A model generated the notes under the pieces. That model was not told the origin of the DNA. It was given only the letters and a program-made list of their open reading frames with translations, and searched no databases. 64,000 nt of DNA from the human T2T-CHM13v2.0 reference genome, Homo sapiens: positions 33,920,001 through 33,984,000 of the forward strand of contig CP068257.2 in the NCBI GenBank assembly GCA_009914755.4, in the 5' to 3' direction. A program made the position numbers and the translations under genes. Within the stretch, counting starts at the first letter, position 1; each line of letters begins with the position of its first letter. Below, in pieces: positions 15,294 to 28,000 of the stretch.

Positions 15294-15381
15294 ATTGCAT
15301 AGAACATACTTATACTAAAATTCTGTTTGTTGTTTCTCTGAAATTCAAATTTAACTGGTTGTCCTATATTTGTATTTGCTA
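15294..15381 (+). mobile_element. 3' half of the palindromic MITE-like element (second related copy at 33897-33988)
   Basis: attgcatagaacatacttatactaaaattctgtttgttgtttctctgaaattcaaatttaactggttgtcctatatttgtatttgc. It is about 80% similar to 33897-33988. Internally it complements the 5' part (cagataaaat / atttgtatttg; tgaaattcaaatttaactgg). Confidence 0.45.
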
Positions 15382-15461
15382 TTAGGTTGGTGCAAAAGTA
15401 ATTGCAGTTTTTGCCATGACTTTCAATGGCAAAAACTGCAATTACTTTTGCACCAACTTAA
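15382..15461. mobile_element. MADE1 (Hsmar1-derived 80-bp palindromic MITE) with TA target duplication
   Basis: ttaggttggtgcaaaagtaattgcagtttttgccatgactttcaatggcaaaaactgcaattacttttgcaccaacttaa is a near-perfect match to the MADE1 consensus TTAGGTTGGTGCAAAAGTAATTGCGGTTTTTGCCATT.AAAGTAATGGCAAAAACCGCAATTACTTTTGCACCAACCTAA. TA dinucleotides flank both ends. Confidence 0.85.
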
Positions 15462-15664
15462 TATATTTCACATTCCTACTTAGAGATTAGCTTCAATACC
15501 TTCTCCTCAAAGGCCTTTCCACAGACTCAAGAGCACACCCCCTCCCCACATTGCCATTGTCTCCTCACTGTAAATCTCTGCATGGTACTCAAGCACATCT
15601 GACGCCTGCTATGAGAATGTCACCCAGTGAAGCAGAAGACAGACATGCTTGTCCATCTGGTCTA

Positions 15665-16067
15665 CCACTCTATAGATTGGATAAAGATAATGTGGCACAT
15701 ATACACCATGGAATACTATGCAGCCATAAAAAAGGGATGTCCTTTGCAGGGACATGGATGAAGCTGGAAACCATGATTCTCAGCAAACTAACCCAAGAAC
15801 AGAAAACCAAACACCGCAGGTTCTCACTCATAAGTGGGAGTTGAACAATGAGAACACATGGACACAGGGAGGGGAGCATCACATACCAGGGCCTGTCAGC
15901 GGGTGGGGGGTTAGGGGAGGGATAGCATTAGGAGAAATACCTAATGTAGATGACGGGTTGATGTACAGCAAACCCACCATGGCACGTGTATACCTATGTA
16001 ACAAACCTGCACGTTCTGCACATGTACCCTGGAACTTAAAGTATAATTTAAAAAGAAAAAAAAAAAA
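15665..16067 (+). mobile_element. L1 3'-terminal fragment (L1PA-like, 5'-truncated) with poly(A)
   Basis: ggataaagataatgtggcacatatacaccatggaatactatgcagccataaaaaagg...ctcactcataagtgggagttgaacaatgagaacacatggacacagggagggg...acctgcacgttctgcacatgtaccctggaacttaaagtataat followed by aaaaagaaaaaaaaaaaag. Confidence 0.9.
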
Positions 16068-16504
16068 GCCTAAACGAGTCTCTGATGAATAACAGGTATG
16101 TGATAACAGTATGTGGAAAGAATAAATGAATGTGTGTCACCTGCTGCAAGACTTCTGGAGGATGTTTCCTTACCTCCAGAGAACACAGAAAAGTTCACCA
16201 GAAGATGTGCTATACGTCCTTGTCTTTTCCATGTTTTGTGTGAGTAACTTGGAACTAAACACACGTTCCTAATTTCCTACTTCAAAGGCAATGAATTTCC
16301 CAGTGCCTGATGATTATTTATATTTTAAATATTTTGAAAGAAATGTCAGTTTCCTTGCAACAAATTAAGTGTATGTTCTTGAAAATGGAGAGCACGATCC
16401 CCTCAGCATGCATATGGTAAATGCCCTCAAACACGCAAACAGAGTCCACGTCTTTGAAAAACACTTTCAACACAATAACAGCCAGGAAGAAGTGGTCTAT
16501 TTTT

Positions 16505-16634
16505 ATACAGCAGCCCCCACATGACACAGCAAATCAAACACATTATTTCACTAATTCTTTTTTACCTGTTGCTTCAGGTGAATAAAGTCACAATGTGTGT
16601 AGAACAAGTGAGTGACCCTTTACAAAGACTCTTG
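16505..16634 (+). repeat. copy 1 of a ~125-bp duplicated segment containing an exon-like 31-nt unit (16578-16608) with consensus 3' and 5' splice sites
   Basis: atacagca...aaatcaaacacattatttcactaattcttttttacctgttgcttcag|GTGAATAAAGTCACAATGTGTGTAGAACAAG|gtgagtgaccctttacaaagactcttg. It is about 93% identical to 21024-21146. Confidence 0.8.
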
Positions 16635-17258
16635 TTCCCCCTAGAGATTTCATTGTGGCAAGGAAATAGCTCTAGAGTAGATCATTTTTAACCTAGTGAA
16701 CAGCCACAATGAAGGTTTGATAAAAGATGAACCAAATGAAGTAAGAACAGGAAGCTTGAGACTCTCTGCTCTGCTCAATCCATACCATTTCCAGAACGGG
16801 TCAAGCACTCAGAAGTGCCCTGTGGCTGTCTGGCACTAGAAACTCATGGAAGGTAAATTTTTTATGTTTTATTTTTCATTAAAACAGACTAAGAAATTGC
16901 CTAAAGGCAAGTTCCATATGTTTGGCTGTTGTTTAAACCTTAGTTTCTTAAATACATTTGAATAAAACTATGACAGAAGAATCATTGGTCGCTAATTTTT
17001 AAAAGAGTAAATATTAGGTAAAGATAAAATGAATTACTGACTTTATTTCATAGTTATAATATCTTAAGTTGGAAAGACTCTTTTACTTTAATCATTGTGG
17101 GGAAGAAGTATAAGAAAAATTTTAAGACTATTGGGGTGCAAACCACAGGGTGTAGCCTATATCTACTCCACATGCACCCTTCTGAAGTTCTTATATCCTA
17201 ACCTCATTTTTCATCCAACCTTAAATGATACCACAAAAATGCACTTACCGACCAAGCC

Positions 17259-17571
<313 letters not shown>

Positions 17572-18489
17572 CCAAGCCTTTTTTTTTTAATGTCAGAACT
17601 TTTCTCCAAGTGAAAAACACCAATAATACACACCCTCCATTTTCCCACAAATCCCTCTTCTTTCCCCATATCTTATCAACCTTTCAACGAATTGGTCAAC
17701 ACTCTCCATTAACAAACTTTTAAAGTAAGAAAAATGGATGATGACTGCTTAAAATGAGAATCCTACTGTAAAAATCATTGATTCTTTATCTGGAAATTCC
17801 AAAATGTCACCCAATGTAAAATGAACTGGCTTAAGGAGAATTTTATACTAAACTTTCTCATAAAATGTTATTTTTTAAAAATAGGGAGGAGTGAAAATGA
17901 ACTTACTGGGAGGTACAGCAAACTAGCAAACTACTTATTTTGTATTTGGGGGAATGTGTGGAACCATTTAGAGGTACAGAAACCCTCTCTGAAAGAAAGA
18001 ATGATTTGACAATGTTATCTGAAACTTCCCAATGCCAATCTTTTCAAAGTCTAGCTGTTTTATTAGTTACTGAGAGAGGGATATCAAAATCTCCACCTAT
18101 GGTTGTGAATTTATCTATTTTTTCCTTTAATTTTGTCAGCTTTTGCTGACAAGTCATAGCTCAAATTTGGGAAACACTGTTTCGGGAGACCACAGAGGAG
18201 ATACAACCGTGGAACCAAATGAACCATGATGTAGCTCTCTGAACTGATGTTCACAGAAGTCACTGCCCTACACATTTGGCAATTCTATTTTAAGATATGA
18301 CCATGTTTTGGTCTATATGCAAACCTTTCCCTGAAGTGCCATTCACCTTTTCCTGAATTGTCATTTTTCTCAAACTGTTGACTAAGGATGAACATCTGTT
18401 AAGAAGTGCCACCTCCTGTCTGAGAAACATGGAGCATGTAAAGCCACTGTAGGGAAGATGACATGCAATCACTATAACGCACGGGCTTT

Positions 18490-18700
18490 CCTTTAAGTCA
18501 GCTTTGCCATGTAATCTCTTCAGCATGCATTAGCTGTGTAGCCATTGGGATGTTTCTTAACTGCTATGAACTCAATTACATCATCTGTAAAATGTCTTTG
18601 AAATAACTATCTCATTAGGTTGAAGGCCATGAGGATTTAATGAGATAAAGTATATATAAACTGCTGTTCATATAGTAGGTGCTCAATAAATGCTAGCTTC
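18490..18700 (+). repeat. MIR (SINE) element
   Basis: ...ctcaattacatcatctgtaaaatgtctttgaaataactatctcattaggttgaaggccatgaggatttaatgagataaagtatataaactgctgttcatatagtaggtgctcaataaatgctagct matches the MIR consensus core (CATCTGTAAAATGGG...GAGGATTAAATGAGATAA...GCACATAGTAGGCGCTCAATAAATG). Confidence 0.65.
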
Positions 18701-21023
18701 CCTTCTGCATTTCCGTTTATATGCTAGCAAGGTCAAGAGCAGATGCATAAACAAGACCGAATTTTCTAGTCCGTATTTATAAGATCTTAACTCATGTTCA
18801 GTAATTAACACTAATATACACAAATGAATATAGAACAAAATGACTTATACACACTTTCAGGTATCTCACACACAAATGCTTTAAATGCCGTTGAAAAGTT
18901 TTGGGACCTTTTCAGTCACTTTGAATATTCGGTTCATCGATCTTCCTTTGCCCCCAGGCACCATTTGGGGGTCTCACCATATCCTTCTCTCTGTGACTCC
19001 TCTGGTTGGTGCCATGGCTGGCAAAGTCCTAAGGGATGCCAAGAGAATTCCCCTCCATCAGAGCATCTGGAGAAGCACACCACCTACAGAGCTCCTGGGA
19101 CAGGTCCAGGAGGTTAAATGTCTGTTTAGAACCATTATCCATTCTCTATTACACACACAGGGGACAGTCCACGACCATTCATTGCATCAAGATCAAAACA
19201 TAATGTGTTGCAGGTAGGGAAGATACACATCACTTGGCAATTGCATTGCATTTGCTATTCAGGTTCTCAAAGCCTTGAAAGACAGCAAATGTCTACAATT
19301 CCCCAGTGCGAGATGATGGGAGATATAAACTAAATGGCAGAGATCAAAATCTCTTCTTTGGCATTCCGCAACACTTGAGACAGCTTAGTGCCAAGAGCAC
19401 CAGATTTAGAGTCTAAAGACCTGGATGTGAACCTGAATTTTAGTTTAGATACTGGTATGTTTCCGAACCTCAAATACAAGACCTGTAAGATGGGGATAAT
19501 AAAGACTTCCTCCTGGTGTTACTGTTCAAGAATCAGATAAAGCAAATATGTGAGATATTGGGATCATCTTTGCTTACCTTGTAAAAGGCAGACTCTAAAT
19601 CATTTCTAGGAATTATCAAGGTCTATACCTTCAGTGCTGTAACTATTCTCACGTTTTGCCAGTAGCTTTCCTCCAGCTGGAGTAAATTGTAAAATCCCTC
19701 ACTGGTATCATGATGCTGTTTAAGGAGGTGGTTTTTCAGATGAGAGCACCGAGGCCAATGTAAATGCCACATGCATCAAATTCATGTGTGCTGATTCAAA
19801 GACTAATAGTCTTTTAGCTCTGCACCTTCTTTGTGACAAAATAAATTTGTCATCAGTAATGAAACTTAAAACTTGGCTGGCAAATCCTTAATGCTCTTTG
19901 CCTTTAAAATAAAATTTGAAAAACCTTCAGTTCTATGTATTGACATCTTTACCTCTGATATATTAACAAACCATTAGCAGTTTAAGGGCTGAAAGGCCCA
20001 AGTAGTGTTATGCATGACGTCTGGGACATAGCTGAAATTCAAGGGTCTCACACCATGACCTGCCCATTATTTCAACTGAAACCTCACTCCCGCACCTCGG
20101 GCACCCTAGGCACAGGGGATATTCTCAGAAAATGGAACATAAATGGCATTGGAACATGGAGACAAGACCTTATTAACTAGAATTATCACTCGACTTTGGA
20201 AATTACTTTAAAACTGAATGCCATTCTCATGGATAGTAAAATATGACACCCAAGGCGGTTCTCAACACTTTGAAATCATTTGAGTTTGGATTAGACAAAA
20301 CTCCATAAAATATACACATTTGCATGCACAGAGAAAGATCAAGATTATGTGTACATGTACTTAGCTTACGAATTATAAGTGGATTTTTTGTGTATTTTTA
20401 CATTGTTTATACCCACATATAGGCATATATGAATATTTACAACGAAGCCAAAATTTTTTTAAACGTACTCCAAATCAAGTTAATACTCATTAAGAAAGGA
20501 AGAACAAAATACAGCAAATTCTCCATTATTTGTGTCAATAAGGTTAAGGCACAGGTTCAGATTTTGCTTTGAAATGCAGAATGTGATGATTTTGCAGCAT
20601 GCTTATTCATATTAAAATTTTCCCCTCAGGACAGGTGGAGAATAGCTAACTCCACAGCTATGAGAAGTAGCCTGGGGGTGAATCAAACAACAAAATATAC
20701 TAGGTGCATGGAATTTTACTTGGAAGTCACAATATTCCCATTTTCCAGGTAAGAAAACTGAGTCTTAAACCACAGTGGTAATAAAGAAAAAATTGTTCAT
20801 GACATGTGTTAAAGACAGGAAGGAAGACTTTATTCAATGGGAGACTATTGTAATAGGTATAGGGGCCACTGCAATATAATTTTTGAATGGGAGAGACAGA
20901 TTGGAACGAATTCCAAATACAGCAAGACCAAGTGGAAATTTACAGCCAAGGAACAGGGTAGGGACCAGTGGATGGAAAATTAATAAGAGGAAACATCAGA
21001 GGTAAGGGGAACGTACTTACTTA

Positions 21024-21146
21024 ATACAGCAAATCAAACACACTATTTCACTAATTCTTTTTTACCTGTTGTTTCAGGTGAATGAAGTCACAATTTGTGT
21101 AGAACAAGTGAGTGACCCTTTACAAAAATTCTTAGCAGGACTCTTG
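21024..21146 (+). repeat. copy 2 of the ~125-bp duplicated segment with an exon-like 31-nt unit (21078-21108)
   Basis: atacagcaaatcaaacacactatttcactaattcttttttacctgttgtttcag|GTGAATGAAGTCACAATTTGTGTAGAACAAG|gtgagtgaccctttacaaaaattcttagcaggactcttg. The acceptor, branch-like ctaat, polypyrimidine tract and the GTGAGT donor are all conserved relative to copy 1. Confidence 0.8.
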
Positions 21147-21348
21147 CTGAAGACAGGCCAGGGTGATCACCCATTATGGGGGATGGTGAAGGATGAGGAA
21201 TCTGATCAGACATAGAAGGTGATCGAATATTGAGGGGGAGGGGTTCTGGGTCAACTGACTTAGCAGGATTCTTGCCAACACTGGACCATGCATGAGAATC
21301 CAAACATCAAGACCTAATCAGGGAGAGACTTTAGAAGGAGAGAATCTT

Positions 21349-21675
<327 letters not shown>

Positions 21676-21814
21676 TCAAAGCGTACCACAAAGGCTATTC
21701 CCATTTTCCTTTTATCTTTAGTTAACAAACACTTAAGTCAGTGTAACTGTGCACCAGGCACTATTGTAAAGAGCTTTATACATCTTAACTCAATTATCCC
21801 TCTGGACCACCCAT

Positions 21815-21945
21815 GGAGGCAGTACCATTATTAGCTTTGTTGTACAGGTGAGGAAACTTAGGCCAGAGAGCTTAGTAACTTGCCAAAGATTGCATAGCTG
21901 GTAGGTGGAGGAGAAGGGATGGAGTGAATCTAGGTTTTGTGGGGC
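21815..21945 (-). repeat. MIR (SINE) fragment, antisense
   Basis: ttgtacaggtgaggaaacttaggccagagagcttagtaacttgccaaagattgcatagctggtaggtggaggag matches the MIR complement consensus TTTACAGATGAGGAAACTGAGGCTCAGAGAGGTTAAGTGACTTGCCCAAGGTCACACAGCTAGTAAGTGGCAGAG. Confidence 0.6.
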
Positions 21946-24884
21946 CTGAAACTTACACAATTTGTGGAACTATGTAAGAAAAATAATACAAAATAGGAAA
22001 TACAAAATTAGTCATGAATGAGAGAATAAATCATAACAAATTACTGATGCCGTGGAGATTCAGGGCCTTTTGAATCTAGTTGGAGTAGGGAAGCCAGTGT
22101 GTGGTCAGGAAACATTGCTAGTCAATTGACTATTGACGAGATATCAATATCAACTATTCCATCCAAGAGATATCAACTATTCCATAATTTGCTCCCGGGA
22201 CATTCCATCTGCATTTCTAACTCATTTGCTTTGTATATTACGTTCTTTGACTTCACCAGGGCCTTCCTTGCCCTTCCATTTCCCCTAATCTTACTCACCC
22301 TGCTGTCTGGGATCAAGTACTGTACCATCCGTGACGCCACTAAAAGCCAGGGCCATTCCTCCCTCTGTGGTCTCCCAGAACAGTGTTTCCCAGGCTTTGA
22401 GCTGTGACTCATAAGCAAAGGCTGACAAAATTTAAAGAAGAAATAGATAAATCCACAACCATAGGTGGAGATTTTGATATCCCTCTCTAACTGATAGAAC
22501 AACTAGACTTTGAAAAGATGGGAATTGGGAAGTTTCAAATAACACTGTCGAACAATTTGACTTGTCCAGCTGTAGTAACTACAAAACTTCAGAATGCATG
22601 TTCTCTCAAATGCACGTGAAACAGCCACCAAGGGAACCATATCGTGAGCCATAAATCACATCTCAGTGACCTTCTGGGAACAGAGTATATTCTCTGACGG
22701 CAATAAAATTAAATTAGAAACCAATAGCATTAAGACATCTAGAAAATCTCCAAATATTTGGAAATTAATAACATACTGCTTAATGACTCACGGGCCAAAA
22801 AGGAAGTCAAAAATTAGAAAATGTTTGGAGGACCTATCATCCTTTGTTACAGAAAACTAAATGTATTTCCCATCTCATGTATAGATATGGAGGGAGAACA
22901 TCAGATTTTAAGCTTTTTCTCATTTATGCCACATCCTGTGATCAATTAACCCTCAAGTTACTAAGTTAGTAACTTCCAGCTAATGCACATCTCTTGTCAT
23001 TTTCAAGGACTAAGCAGAAAGAATAAAACCTTGTATTTAGAAAAACACAAAACTTGCAAAATATAAAAATAGCAAGAGGAGGGTGAGTCACTTCTCCTGG
23101 AGTGCTTCTGAACGGGTAACCCATTTGAACCTAGCTGCACTCGCAGCTGACAATCTTAAATCTGCATATGCAATTTGCCATTGGTTCATTTTCTTCTGCA
23201 GAAGATGGGAACCTCATTCACATAATTTTTGTACAGTCCCCCATACAATACCTTTCACCGTTGGGTACCATGGAGAGATTGGCAGGATGACCTACTGGAT
23301 GACAGCAGTGTCTCTCTTGGAGTTGTCTGCCAATGAGCTAGCTGGACTGGAGGCTCTTCTTGCCCAGTAAGAAAGACTAGGCGTAGTCCCGACCTCTCAC
23401 CTTGCCTCTGCTCAACAGCCAATGTCTCCAACCCAGGTTTGCAACTCCCCAGAGCAACTGGCACTTAAACTTGATCTGCTTTTCTTCTGACATTTTAGTG
23501 ACCTTTTCAAAGAACTCTCTAGAAAAATAGAGCAACAGGGAGCAGGGTCCCTGAACTGGAACACAACCCTGATGCATCCAACCATTTTTGGCTTGAAAAT
23601 ATTTCTCCCCAGTATCTGAGAAGTGATGTCCATGGTAGTCTGCGTCCTTCTGCCTGAAAGTGTGATACTCACTCGATACCTCCCTAGACCTTTTGCTAGA
23701 CAGGACTGAATGCATTAAAGTGATAACAGCTAGACCATTAACTGGCTCTCTTGGATGGAGCAACATACTAACTCAACACAGAAGATCACATTGGAGCCAT
23801 CTCGGCACATTCGCTCAGAAATACTCATTTTAAAACATCTTAAAGTGGAATTTATGGGATGAAGTCAATAACCCATATTATTACAAGTTTATAAATAACT
23901 TTTTCATTGGTAGATAGTTAATATCTTCACAGAGCTATAATTTTTCCACTGAATCCCCTGTATATAAGAACACCTTGCTTAAAAATTAAAAGTTAATAAT
24001 CTTTTTAAAAAGAATATCTTGTGTGTTTATTCAATTGGGTCTACAATTTCTGCATAAAGAATGTGTTCTGTATATATTATAGATGTTTCTGCAACCACCA
24101 CACATGGCCAGACTTATTTTTTTATTAATAAATATAACATGATGCTTTAGAATGTTTCATTGTCCTTTTTATTTAAATAAGTTATCAGCGTGCCTGCTGT
24201 ACCCATCGTAAGGACTCTGGGTACATTCATGAGATATATGTGGTTAGTTCATTTTCATGGTAAGATCTAGTTTTCCCTCCATGACTAATTCTAGTGTTTT
24301 AGACAAATATCATAAGAAATGCCTATCTTTGGAGCAGACAGATTTTGCAGAACTCTGTATATCTGCGCTCTGGACCTCTACACTGTAGTTACATCATTCT
24401 GAAGAAATTAGTAATATCCATCATATCCTTCCAACACGAGCAAAAACCACCAGGTGGGGATTGGGCAACAAGACAGATTAGCATTCTAATTGCATCTAAA
24501 GCAAAAAGTAAAATTTTTAAATAATAACTTTTGACATCCCTGGAAAGCCTGTAGCAGACCATCTTTAATTTTAAAAAAAATTAAAAGGTTGTCTCTAACA
24601 TTTCCCTGATGGTAACTTATACCACCAGTTTCTTAAGCACCTTCCATGGGCCTAACCCCAGCTATAATTCTGGCCCTCACTGGAGTTCCGGGCACATGAA
24701 AGCAAGGACTTGCTCATTTTGTCCACTGCTAAACCCTCATGGCTGGCCCAGTGCATGACACATGGAGACACTCAAGAAGTCTCTGTTGGTGGAGTGTGTC
24801 CACTACTGTAGGGGGCTTAAGGCTAGAGGCTCATTCCAGCAGGCACATTTCCTGGTCTGCCTTCATGGAGATAGGAGAAAGAGA

Positions 24885-25030
24885 ACAATGGAGGGAGGGA
24901 GGGAGGGAGGGAGAGGAAGAACAAGAGAAGAGGAAAGGGAAGAGTAAGATGAGGAAGAAGAGGAAGAAGAAGAGGAGGAGGAGAGAGAGGAAGGAGAAGA
25001 GGAAGAGGAAAAGAAGGTGAGGAGGGGGGA
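24885..25030. repeat. 145-bp polypurine/polypyrimidine tract: (GGGA)n then (GAA/GAG/GGA)n
   Basis: ggagggagggagggagggagggagaggaagaacaagagaagaggaaagggaagagtaagatgaggaagaagaggaagaagaagaggaggaggagagagaggaaggagaagaggaagaggaaaagaaggtgaggagggggga. The + strand is almost entirely purine. Confidence 0.9.
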
Positions 25031-28000
25031 ATAGATGATGTCTTGTGCTTTCATTACCCCAAAGCATTTGAGTCAAGCGTTAAGAAGTTATGCACTCAGA
25101 CAATAAATTAAACTTATCATTTTCTACCTGATATTTTAAACACCACATGGTTACTACCTTAAGAAATATGAGAAAATGGAATCATATTGGTTAACATGAC
25201 TTCCCATGTTTTGTTCCATATTCATAGGAGTGTCATTCCTAAAGTAAGCTTTTAGCTAGAACAAAAAAGCAAGAATCCCACTGCTCCATATTCTACTGCT
25301 TCCTACCAAGCTCCAACCAATGGACGCATAGGCAGGTCTTCTTTTGTCATGTCTCCTGCCAGTCTTCCTACCTTATCCACAGAAATCATTTTATATAGAT
25401 CCATAGAGTGTCACACCCAGGAGAGTCAAGTGTCATACTCAGGACCATCACTTGTCACAGAAGCAGCCTGCCCCCTTAGCCCACGGGACGCAGCTAATGC
25501 CCTTCTGAGACTATTGAGCTATGGTTTCATGGAAATTTCAAGGAAGGTTCTCACTAAGGCCATGATCTTAGCTTGGAGCATGGTCTCTAGGGCTGAATGA
25601 TCTTCTAGTAGTATGGGTTCACCATCCCTTTCCTTCCACCATGTGAATCTTCTCTCGGGCCTCCACTTCTCTATGGGCTTCAGTACTATATGCAGAAAGC
25701 CCCAACTCTGTGTCACTACAAGGAGCCTTGACCTTGACCTCCTATAGGAAAGGCACTGAGAGTTATCCCAAGGATAAAGACCCATCATTTTAGGACCAAT
25801 ACAGAGTCTAAAAGATCACAACATGAAAAGAGAGATCAGAGCAAAGATTAACAGAGCAGCACTTCTATTGCCAAGGGCAACAGGTTGCACCTAAAAATAT
25901 TTCTGTTTTAAAGGAGAAATAGTTCAAATGACTTCTTTAAAACAAATAAGCCTGATTTACTACACTTTACAGATTCCTATTTGTAAGAAAGAAAGTTCTA
26001 GACTTAGAAGATAAATAAATAAGTGAATACATAAATAAAAGTTTCTGACCCCATGGTCCATGCCCAGGACACATTCATTGACGACACGCATTCGTAAATA
26101 CTCTCTAAGAACTACACAGCTGTGGTTAGTCATATTGTTTCTTGATTAAGTAACTGTAGTTTCATTCAGATCCTTTTAAAAAGTACATTTTTAGCATATC
26201 TTCCATTTTAAAAATACATTCTCTCATTCTTGCCATTCATGTACTTTGAAACGCTTCCCTAAAGATCGACATCAACAGTGTTGAAAAAGAAAATATTTGG
26301 GAACAGGAATGAACCCTAGTGGAATGGGTTCCTACACCAAAGATCCTATGAATCCATGCTTCATTGTGCAAAGTGAACCCCTACTCTTATGGACCTGCTG
26401 CTAGAGCTCTGATAGGTGTTGAATGATCCCAGAACCTGAAGGACCTATTTGAATTCAGATCATTGGTCTTATCATCCTCAGTAGCTATATCTTTGTCAGT
26501 CTACAAGTACTAGCCTTGAAGTTTTATGACACTTTATTCTCATAAGGATCATTTTTTTTCCATAGCAGACAGACCCTACATACCCCTCAAGTAAACCCTT
26601 TTTTGCACTATAGAGTCTACGTCAAGGAATCCTCACTGTGTTTACATTCTGATTTTCAAACATTTCAATTTGTAAGTAAGTGTATGTGTTGCCTTCAGGG
26701 CAGTGTAAATAGCTTGCCCAAAAATCTCAGCATAAATTTTCACCTCTCCTTTCAAGGCCTCAATTCTCTTCTCTACCTCTGATGATGTATTGACTTGGGT
26801 ATTAATCATCTTTAAACATTTAATTACTGTCTGAGTGCCACGTCTCACCTTCAGTGCTGTTCCTCACAAAGCTGGATCCAGTACAGTACAGCATCTTTAA
26901 ACCAATGCACAACTAACAGATTTGTTGCTGCAAAATACTTTTATGCAGCATCAATAAAACCTCTCCAGCAAGCACAGAGAGCCAATGGTCAGAGTCCCAG
27001 GGGGCCTTCCACACAGGATACGCATCTTGTTACAGAATTCCTCAATGCCTTTTTGCTGTCTCCCTAATGACCAGTTAAATGGTCTCCCTCGAGGATGCTT
27101 GAGTCAGCGCCAGCTTGAAAACTGCTGAGGAAACATCCTCTTTTACTGGAAATGATTTCCATCCAACGGCCATGTGCCATATTTAGACTCACGGCTTAGT
27201 AACACCCAACAGAAGGGGCTAAGTTTGCAGAAGAGGAGGCCCTGTGCTGTGAGAAAAGAACTTGCTTTTGTCTGGCCAAGTGACCGCAGGGGCTGGAGCT
27301 GGTGAGTCTGTGGTGGTCTGGAACCCGAGGGACAGAAACGCTCCATTCTATCTGGAGAGACAGGCGTCTCTTCTGCAGGGCAGCTGGTTCTTCCCATGCT
27401 GCTTGTCTTACACATCAGAGACCTGACTGGGGAGGTGGTGATTCAAGTCTAGCCCACGTCTGCCTGGCAATAAGACATTAAAACCCAAGGACTCTGTTTG
27501 CCTGCGTTCAACAGGCGGGATGGATGGCAGGCAAATCTATCTTCATCTCCCTTTAAAAGTAAATCACACAAGAATGATATTAACATATCTTGAGTCACAG
27601 AGTAAAATTCTGCTAAAGAGCAGAACCACTGAATTATAGAGCTTTAAAATGTATCTATACATATTAACACTAATAATTTAATATAAACATTTAAGTGTGG
27701 ATATGAGATTTTAAGTGCTCTCTTTTCTCTCTCAGTTTTCCTTGGCCTCTCTATTCTCCCTGCTCCCCAATATCCACCCACATTAACTCATACAATCAAC
27801 TTAGCTTGCACCCTTCCATGTTCCTCCTCAGGTTCATCTAGTTTTATGCAGACACGTATACACATATCCACACAGATACATCCTTTATGTCATTATTTTC
27901 TTAAAAAGTAGAATCCCCTGTCAAACACTTCTCTGCATCTTGTTTTTCTCTCCCAAAAAGAGAAAGGAAAACACCCCCACATCAACCCCTATAGCTGTGA

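Noticed and set aside
15670-15882. Minus-strand ORFs with the shared peptide CPCVLIVQLPLMSEN inside the three L1 3' ends (also 53518-53703 and 57982-58269)
   Set aside because: They are antisense reading frames of the L1 3' region that recur in every copy. They are repeat artefacts.
24739-25076. Overlapping ORFs on both strands encoding poly-Ser, poly-Leu and Lys/Arg/Glu-rich peptides
   Set aside because: They are produced entirely by translating the 145-bp polypurine/polypyrimidine tract. It is low-complexity sequence and not coding.
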